Positions 57,611 through 64,000 of a stretch of 64,000 nucleotides of DNA are shown here, one piece after another. A model generated the notes under the pieces. That model was not told where the DNA came from and ran no database searches. It saw nothing but the letters and a program-made list of their open reading frames with translations. Numbering within the stretch: position 1 is the stretch's first letter; each line of letters starts with the position of its first letter. This DNA comes from Candidatus Cloacimonadota bacterium (lineage in GTDB: Bacteria > Cloacimonadota > Cloacimonadia > Cloacimonadales > TCS61), in the NCBI GenBank assembly GCA_021157525.1, contig JAGGWK010000060.1, positions 11,293 to 75,292 on the forward strand, in the 5' to 3' direction. Made by a program: the position numbers and the translations under genes.

Positions 57611-58918
57611 ATGGCCATTACCATTGAAACCATCCATTCCCACAGTCTGGCCGCTGCCGCCGGTTTGCAGGCCGATGATAAAATCGTCAGCATCAATGGC
57701 CACACCGTCACCGATTTTCTCGATCTGCAATTTTACGGCGCAGACAAAGAACTTACCATCCAATTTTTGCGGGATGGAAAAGCTCACACCCTCCACATCA
57801 GTCAAGACTGGGAAACCCCTCTGGGCATCGAACCGGTGGAGCATCGCTGCCGCACCTGCGTCAACCACTGCATCTTCTGCTTTGTGGACCAGATGCGCCC
57901 CGGCATCCGCGACACGCTGCATATCAAAGATGATGACTTTCGCCTTTCCTTCGTGTTTGGCAATTTCATCACTCTCACCAATCTGAATCAACTGGACATT
58001 GCGAAAATCATTGAACAACGTCTCAGCCCACTCTATATCTCCGTGCATACTACCAATCCTGAACTGCATAAACGCATGCTGCGCTACCACCATGATTTCA
58101 ACATCCTGCATACCCTGCGCTATCTCTCTGCTGCGGGCATCAGTTTTCATACCCAGATCGTGGTGATTCCCGGATGGAATGATGCCACTGAGCTGCAACG
58201 CACTCTGGATGAACTTTCCGCACCAGACATCAGCACCCTCACCATCGGCATCGTACCCGTGGGCATCACCAGATACAGGGAATCCCTTACACCGCTGTCA
58301 CGCATCGATGCGCTCCAGGCTACCCGCATCCTGGAGCTGGCATCCCGCTATCCAAAAGCCTTTTGCTCCGATGAATTCTATCTGCTAAGCAATACCCCCA
58401 TCCCGCCCACAAAGTTCTATGACGACTTTGCCCAATTGGAAAATGGCATCGGCATGACCCGTCTGCTGCTGAATAACTGGGCCGTGGTGAAGGAAGATTT
58501 TTGCGATGACCTGGCCTTGGTGGGCAACCGTTTCGTCTTTGTCTGTGGCATGCTTATCCGCCCGATTATCGAGAAAATCGTAGAAGAAATTTCGGCGATT
58601 TCAGGTTTGGATGCCCGGATGCAGACCATCGAAAATAACTTCCTGGGCCCGCAGGTAACGGTTACCGGCCTCTTAGCTGCTGATGATATTTTTGCGCAGC
58701 TGGAACTTACCGATGATGAAATCCCGATTTTTTCTGCCGGGATGTTTAACGACAACCTGCTTACGATTGATAACGTGGAGCAGGCAGTAATCCCGCAGCA
58801 TTTTGGCAGAGCCATCATGGTGGTGCAGGAAGAATTTGATGATTGGAAAGTGGTGGCGGGAAATGATGGATGTGAGACAGAAAATGAAATCTTGTGTTAC
58901 AAAAATGCAAAGGAATGA
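57611..58918 (+). CDS. DUF512 / radical-SAM-like Fe-S protein with an N-terminal PDZ domain
   Basis: It has a PDZ-like N-terminus (SLAAAAGLQADDKIVSINGH) and a Cys cluster (CRTCVNHCIFCF) in the typical DUF512 layout. Confidence 0.7.
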   Translation: MAITIETIHSHSLAAAAGLQADDKIVSINGHTVTDFLDLQFYGADKELTIQFLRDGKAHTLHISQDWETPLGIEPVEHRCRTCVNHCIFCFVDQMRPGIRDTLHIKDDDFRLSFVFGNFITLTNLNQLDIAKIIEQRLSPLYISVHTTNPELHKRMLRYHHDFNILHTLRYLSAAGISFHTQIVVIPGWNDATELQRTLDELSAPDISTLTIGIVPVGITRYRESLTPLSRIDALQATRILELASRYPKAFCSDEFYLLSNTPIPPTKFYDDFAQLENGIGMTRLLLNNWAVVKEDFCDDLALVGNRFVFVCGMLIRPIIEKIVEEISAISGLDARMQTIENNFLGPQVTVTGLLAADDIFAQLELTDDEIPIFSAGMFNDNLLTIDNVEQAVIPQHFGRAIMVVQEEFDDWKVVAGNDGCETENEILCYKNAKE

Positions 58919-58928
58919 CTTATGGAGT

Positions 58929-59108
58929 ATGAGTACTTTGACTCACAATTTGATGATAGTAAGAGAAGCAAACAGAGAAGGAGCTCCTCAGGTGGAGCTA
59001 GTTGATGGAGAAAAGTTAGTAGAGATGTTTCATAGTTTGGAATTGGGCGTAAAGCCTAAAACCGTTTATGATGTCGATTTACAATTCTTTGATCAATACA
59101 TGGAGTGA
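58929..59108 (+). pseudogene. 3' remnant of an Mrr-type restriction endonuclease gene
   Basis: ...REANREGAPQVELVDGEKLVEMFHSLELGVKPKTVYDVDLQFFDQYME resembles the Mrr C-terminus (...I.LIDGE.L..L....LGV......ID.DYF). It is only ~59 codons, AT-rich, and lacks the catalytic domain. Confidence 0.45.
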
Positions 59109-59144
59109 AGGTAAAACGCTTTTTCAGAGTTCGTTTTCTCATTT

Positions 59145-59588
59145 CTAATCAAATGACTCCCATGGCCTGCCATAGCCCTGCCGGAATTCGATGGTGAGGG
59201 ACGAATTTTCCGAGGGTTTAAATTGCAGCTGAAATTCCGGTAACACTTTGCTCTGATTATCGTTATTGCCATCAAACTCGACCCCTTGCTGATAGGTTGC
59301 AGAGCCATAATTCACAAAATTCAGATTCACTTTCAGATTCCATTTTTCATTGAATTTATAGGAAATATGGTTGGTATAGGTCGATTGATAATAGGTTTGA
59401 TCGGAGCCGGAGGAAAAGCCCGACGTAAAGGAAATGGAGTGATGCATATCCAGGTTATTTAGATTCAGTACTGAATTTTGCAACCGGTTTGGTATGAAGT
59501 AATTCGGGGCAAAAAGCTTGGATTGATACTGGGCAGACAATGCACCAACCAGCATCAAAAGGGCACAAACAACAACTCTCTTTTTCAT
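59145..59588 (-). CDS. hypothetical secreted beta-rich protein
   Basis: I moved the start to ATG 59588 (GGAGG RBS). It has a signal peptide (MKKRVVVCALLMLVGALSAQ) and N/S/Y/F-rich alternating strands. Confidence 0.55.
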   Translation of the reverse strand: MKKRVVVCALLMLVGALSAQYQSKLFAPNYFIPNRLQNSVLNLNNLDMHHSISFTSGFSSGSDQTYYQSTYTNHISYKFNEKWNLKVNLNFVNYGSATYQQGVEFDGNNDNQSKVLPEFQLQFKPSENSSLTIEFRQGYGRPWESFD

Positions 59589-59628
59589 ATGAGCCTCCGT
59601 GTCTAATTTCTCGGACAGATAATTTATG

Positions 59629-60279
59629 TCAATCCCCGGTTTTTGCAACGGAGAATTGGTCAAAGGGTATTACCGAGCGGTGGGGGGTTTGCCTGAGCTC
59701 TGCGATCAAAGCGTGGCAGGCGGTTTCCAGCTCTGCGGGAGTACCGTCGTTTTTCAGCAGGATGTCTGCACGCGGCGCTTTTTCTGCATCATCCATCTGG
59801 GATGCAATTTTCTTCCGGGCATAGGCGGTGTCGATGCCGTCTCGGGTACAAAGTCGTGCGATACGTTGCTCCAGCGGCGCCACTAACAGAACACTTACAT
59901 CCACGCATCTCTCCAGTCCACTCTCGAAAAGCAGAGGAATCTCCAGAAACAGAAGATCGCCATCAAATGCATCGATGCGCTTTTGCGCCAGAGCACGTAT
60001 GGCAGGATGCATCAGAGCATTGAGCTGCGACAGTGTATCAGCGTTTTCGTACACCATCTTCCCCAGCGCTTCTCGAGAAACTACACCGTCCTTGAGGATT
60101 TCGTCACCAAAAAGTAACTGCACCCGCCGAATGATGGCTGCATCCTGTAATACCTCGTGCCCCAGCTCATCGAAATTAATTACCGTATAACCCTGTTGCA
60201 TCAACCACGAAGCTATCAGGGATTTTCCTGAGGCAATGCCGCCGGTGATTCCTACTAAAAGCGCTCTATTCGATTTCAT
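59629..60279 (-). CDS. coaE: dephospho-CoA kinase
   Basis: It has the P-loop GITGGIASGKS. The start is ATG 60279, which overlaps the cdaA stop by 14 nt. Confidence 0.88.
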   Translation of the reverse strand: MKSNRALLVGITGGIASGKSLIASWLMQQGYTVINFDELGHEVLQDAAIIRRVQLLFGDEILKDGVVSREALGKMVYENADTLSQLNALMHPAIRALAQKRIDAFDGDLLFLEIPLLFESGLERCVDVSVLLVAPLEQRIARLCTRDGIDTAYARKKIASQMDDAEKAPRADILLKNDGTPAELETACHALIAELRQTPHRSVIPFDQFSVAKTGD

Positions 60280-61009
60280 CTTTGAGCAATTGCGAAAGTT
60301 CATCGATGGTAATATCGCCGGTGAGATTTCCCTGTTTCACAAAGGAAATCTCCCCGGTTTCCTCCGATACCACCACGGCGATGGCGTCGGTAATTTCTGT
60401 AATGCCGATGGCCGCCAGATGGCGGGTGCCAAATTTCCGGGTGTATTGTAATTTCTCTGAGAGGGGCAACACCACTTTCACCGCCAACAACCGCTCTCCC
60501 CGTATCACCGCCGCACCGTCATGCAGGATGGATTTGTTGTTAAACACCGTAAGCAGCAATTTCACCGAGATAAGTGCATCCACCATTTCGCCGCTTTCCA
60601 GATAATTGTTGAGACGCCGCTTGTTTTCGATGACGAAAAGCCCGCCGATTTTGCGGAATGACATGATGGAAATAGCATTGAGAAGCGGGGCAAATTCCAC
60701 CTTTTTTCGCTGATGAAAAAGGTCGCGGAAATTGTGGTCGTGAGCAATCCGCGCCAGGGTAGCACGGATTTCCGGTTGAAAAAGAACGATGAGCACGATG
60801 ACCCAATATTGCCGTAACATGCTCAGAAAACGGGAAAGCATCTCCAGTTTGAGTCCTGCCGCAACCAGAGACAAAAGGAGAATCACCACCAGTCCCAGCA
60901 AAATCTGGTAGCCGCCGGTTCGCTTGAAAAGCAGATAAACACGGTAGAGAATCACCCACACTACCAGGATGTCAACGATAGAAGCCAGTGATGGTATCAG
61001 AAATTCCAT
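60266..61009 (-). CDS. cdaA: diadenylate cyclase CdaA (DacA)
   Basis: It has three N-terminal TMs and a DAC domain with the LHDGAAVI and GTRHLAA motifs. It overlaps the folP stop by 1 nt. Confidence 0.9.
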   Translation of the reverse strand: MEFLIPSLASIVDILVVWVILYRVYLLFKRTGGYQILLGLVVILLLSLVAAGLKLEMLSRFLSMLRQYWVIVLIVLFQPEIRATLARIAHDHNFRDLFHQRKKVEFAPLLNAISIMSFRKIGGLFVIENKRRLNNYLESGEMVDALISVKLLLTVFNNKSILHDGAAVIRGERLLAVKVVLPLSEKLQYTRKFGTRHLAAIGITEITDAIAVVVSEETGEISFVKQGNLTGDITIDELSQLLKDEIE

Positions 61010-62205
61010 TAGCCCTCCCTGATGGCGCGCAGTACGTCCAGCAGACGTTTATGCGCTTTTACGTCGTGCACCCGTACAATGGCCGCACCCTGATAAAACG
61101 CCTGAGCCGTGGTTGCCAGACTCCCTTCCAGCCGATCTTCCGGCACTGCGGGATAGATGCGATTGATAAAACTTTTTCGTGATGCCCCCAGCAAAACCGG
61201 TACCCCAAGAGCCCGGAATTCCTCCAGCCGCCGCAGAATGGTGAGGTTATCTGTGTGACTTTTGCCAAAGCCCACCCCGGGGTCTATGATGATGCGCTCT
61301 CTGGCAATTCCCGCCTCGGTGCAGTACTGGATGCGTCCCGCCAGGTAGCCCAGGATGTCATTCATCACATCGTGGTAATGGGGATTATTCTGCATGGTTT
61401 GTGGTGTACCCTGCATGTGCATCAGGATGAGTGGAGCGGCAGGGTAATGCAGTGCCACATCCACCATGGCGGCATCCATTGTAAAGGCGCTGATGTCGTT
61501 GATAATGCTGGCGCCAGCGGCCAGAGCAGCATCGGCCACCACAGCTTTGTGGGTATCTATGGATATGGGGCAATCGGTGTGGCGACGCAGGGTTTCTATC
61601 ACGGGCATCACCCGGGCAATCTCCTGCTCAGCAGTGACTTCAGCAGCGCCGGGGCGGGTCGATTCTCCACCGATATCGATGATTTGTGCGCCATCTTCGA
61701 TCATCTGCAGGGCATATTCCACCGCCGCATCGTGGCTGAGCCACTTATTGCCGTCGGAAAAACTATCCGGCGTTACATTGAGTATCCCCATGATGGCTGG
61801 CGTGGAAAAATGCAGGGTTGTAGCACCGCACTGCATGGATGTGATGGGCGCAAGTTGGAGCCGGATGCACTGCGCCACCTCCTGACGGATGGCATCCAGA
61901 CCAAAAAAGGACTGCCGTGAAAGTTTATCTACCAGCTTCTGCAATTTTGCCACGGTGCCCAGCAGCAGCACATCGCTGCGGAGTGTGGAGCCATTTACCA
62001 CGCCACGAGCCACCGCAGCATCCCCACCCAGAGAGAGCATCTCCTGCTTGAGAATATTGGCAGCCCCCACAGCTACGTCATGAAGCTTGATGCACAGAGA
62101 AAGGCATTTGGGAGCCATACATGCCACTCCGCCATCGGTTACACCCAGTTGGCGAAGCTGCTCTTCAGCCTCTTGAATGGTTTGTATCTTCATGTTTCGA
62201 TTCAT
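61009..62205 (-). CDS. folP: dihydropteroate synthase with a ~125-aa N-terminal extension
   Basis: The pterin-binding domain starts at IMGILNVTPDSFSDG and includes DIGGESTRPGA and GASRKSF. Confidence 0.88.
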   Translation of the reverse strand: MNRNMKIQTIQEAEEQLRQLGVTDGGVACMAPKCLSLCIKLHDVAVGAANILKQEMLSLGGDAAVARGVVNGSTLRSDVLLLGTVAKLQKLVDKLSRQSFFGLDAIRQEVAQCIRLQLAPITSMQCGATTLHFSTPAIMGILNVTPDSFSDGNKWLSHDAAVEYALQMIEDGAQIIDIGGESTRPGAAEVTAEQEIARVMPVIETLRRHTDCPISIDTHKAVVADAALAAGASIINDISAFTMDAAMVDVALHYPAAPLILMHMQGTPQTMQNNPHYHDVMNDILGYLAGRIQYCTEAGIARERIIIDPGVGFGKSHTDNLTILRRLEEFRALGVPVLLGASRKSFINRIYPAVPEDRLEGSLATTAQAFYQGAAIVRVHDVKAHKRLLDVLRAIREG

Positions 62206-62370
62206 TATTTATTCCTTTGGCGCAGAGGGTGTGGAAGGGTAAAAATCTGTCAAGTGTGCCGATGTGAAAAAATAAACAAATGAAATGTTGGCACGAAAAT
62301 GTTCTAACGTATTTTTTACTTTGTAGATTAAATAATGAAAAGAAAAACAAATCCTTATAAAGGAGGAGAG

Positions 62371-64000
62371 ATGAAGAAAATTGGGATTTTGGTTTTAATG
62401 GTTCTTAGTATAGTGTGGGTGTGGGGAGCAGATTACGGTTCTATGTATATTACTGCCGGAGAAGCATCAAAGTCAACTTCAACAGCCTTTTCGCTAATTA
62501 CAGGATATACAAGTATGGCAACATCTGGCTGCACTTACACAACCGATGGAATTACAACTGGTGCAACTGTTGGTGAGAAGCGATATTTGATCCGCTATTC
62601 TTTAAGTTTCTATGGAGACGCTGCTCTTTGGAGTTTTGGAGTTAAAATTGGTGACGGCACAACTAGAGGTATTATTGAACGTAGGATTTCAGAAGGAGGT
62701 ACTGATGTTGGAAACGCGGCTGGTAGTTTTATTGCTACTATACCTCAAAATACCGAAATAGTACTTCAAATAAAAGCAGACTCTGGAACAGCGAATTACA
62801 CTCCTGTTCATAGCCAATTAGTTGTAGTTGAGTTAAGCGAAGCTGGAACTCCAAAATATGGCGAAATGCAGATAGTTAATAATGATAGTCCGCAAATATT
62901 AGATAACTCTGGTAATTCTTACTACAATCCTCTTTTCACTACCGTAGAACATTTTGGAAATACGCATTCAAATTTGTCGGGATGGGTATTTGCTTCAAAT
63001 GCATTAACTGCCAGTTCAGGTTCTGCTGGTACGTATTTAGCAATTTTATCTACTAGTTTTAATAGTACTTTAAGTACTAGTTTTGAATTTGGCGTTTCAT
63101 TAAACGGATATGATCCCTACGGAGAATCTTCCGATACACAAATTGTTCTTAAAAGAACTGTTGGTGATACAGATATCGGAAATGGAGGTGCTTGCGGTAT
63201 TATCTCGATTTCTGATGATGATGTAGTGAGTATTCAAGCAAAAGCGGCTGGTACTGGGGCACAAACAATTACAACGCAATATGCATCTCTTACTTTGTTG
63301 AAGATTGCAGATAATACTTTGCCACCCTACGCAGGGATGAGAGTCAACAATAACGTAACCAAGATTGACTTACCTCATTCAATCTGGGTTAAAGAAGTTG
63401 ATTTTGTTTCAGATATACTGCATCCAACATATTGGGATTTTTCAGATACAGAAGTTCAATTAACACCAAAGAATTCATCAGCTGGTGATTATCTGGTAAA
63501 CTATTATTTGTCCATCTCTGTACCTTTAGGTTCAGATACAAAATATACTTTTAACACCTTGTGTGCTATTTTCAATAATGGTTCACAGTTATCCGATTTA
63601 ACAACGGAAAGAACTCTTGAAAGGAAAAAGAATGATGCAAACAATCAGCCTGATGTTGCAGCAATTGCTGGGACAGCGATTATCACTATTGAACACCCTG
63701 ATGACGCATTATATCTTCAATTGCAAAATATTGACCAAGATAACACCATGAATCCAATTATAAGATATGCAAATGTGAATCTATTCCGAATTAGCACTAA
63801 AGGCGACGGAGCCCTTCCCGTCACTCTTTCCAACTTCTCGGCAGCCTATATCGGTAGTGTACCGATTATCGCCTGGACTACCCAGAGCGAAAGCGGCAAT
63901 GCCGGCTGGAATGTCTATCGGGGAGATTCCCCAGAAGCTCTGCAAAATGGTGACGCCTTCTTGGTTAACGGCAGCCTTATCAATGGCGCCGGCACCACCA
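62371..64000 (+). CDS. secreted three-module repeat protein with a C-terminal surface-sorting-type region (3' end lies outside the window)
   Basis: This ORF is not in the ORF track because it has no stop in the window. It has a GGAGGAGAG RBS and a signal peptide (MKKIGILVLMVLSIVWVWGA). The frame is open for 543 codons, with three paralogous ~135-155-aa modules followed by ALPVTLSNFSA...AWTTQSESGNAGWNVYRG. Confidence 0.75.
   Translation, partial: MKKIGILVLMVLSIVWVWGADYGSMYITAGEASKSTSTAFSLITGYTSMATSGCTYTTDGITTGATVGEKRYLIRYSLSFYGDAALWSFGVKIGDGTTRGIIERRISEGGTDVGNAAGSFIATIPQNTEIVLQIKADSGTANYTPVHSQLVVVELSEAGTPKYGEMQIVNNDSPQILDNSGNSYYNPLFTTVEHFGNTHSNLSGWVFASNALTASSGSAGTYLAILSTSFNSTLSTSFEFGVSLNGYDPYGESSDTQIVLKRTVGDTDIGNGGACGIISISDDDVVSIQAKAAGTGAQTITTQYASLTLLKIADNTLPPYAGMRVNNNVTKIDLPHSIWVKEVDFVSDILHPTYWDFSDTEVQLTPKNSSAGDYLVNYYLSISVPLGSDTKYTFNTLCAIFNNGSQLSDLTTERTLERKKNDANNQPDVAAIAGTAIITIEHPDDALYLQLQNIDQDNTMNPIIRYANVNLFRISTKGDGALPVTLSNFSAAYIGSVPIIAWTTQSESGNAGWNVYRGDSPEALQNGDAFLVNGSLINGAGTT

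Noticed and set aside
62289-62305. A sigma54-like -24/-12 element, TGGCACGAAAATGTTCT, upstream of the surface-protein gene.
   Set aside because: The -24 half (TGGCACG) is good, but the -12 half reads TGTT instead of TTGC. No enhancer-binding-protein gene is nearby. The evidence is too weak to call.

Overview
This is a 64-kb chromosomal segment of a bacterium. The gene content, the Bat operon, the FN3/ferredoxin surface proteins and the TTGACA...TTTG upstream boxes suggest an anaerobic FCB-group / Cloacimonadota-like organism, but that is inference only. I call about 70 protein-coding genes. There are 9 tRNAs in three loci: Leu; Ser-Ser-Gln-Gln; and fMet-Met-Arg-His. I also call several intrinsic terminators, a few candidate promoters and several gene remnants. 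Most of the window is housekeeping: argS, asnS, ileS, trpS, gpmI, rimO, secG, nadCAB, era, holA, uppP, tonB-exbBD, lon, rng, rplU-rpmA, pckA, coaE, cdaA and folP. It also holds a complete MoxR-DUF58-BatABCDE operon. Two things stand out. (1) A tightly packed five-gene minus-strand operon (37313-42416) encodes an 825-aa lipoprotein with ferredoxin-type Cys motifs at both ends of a six-repeat FN3 stalk. It also encodes two small signal-peptide ferredoxins, an outer-membrane beta-barrel and a DsbD_2/CcdA-type membrane protein. This may be a heme-free trans-envelope redox module. (2) Two diverged paralogous ~215-nt elements (37082-37301 and 52684-52893) share invariant blocks and compensatory changes in several helices. 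I could not assign this structured-RNA-like element to a known family. Other points of interest:
- a tRNA-Leu whose anticodon reads AAG;
- a decayed TetR-linked efflux operon;
- remnants of Mrr, GNAT and wHTH genes;
- an AT-rich 5' region in a three-module surface-protein gene at the right edge.
I saw no rRNA, CRISPR array, transposase or integrase. All product calls come from motif recognition in the supplied translations; no database search or computation was possible.
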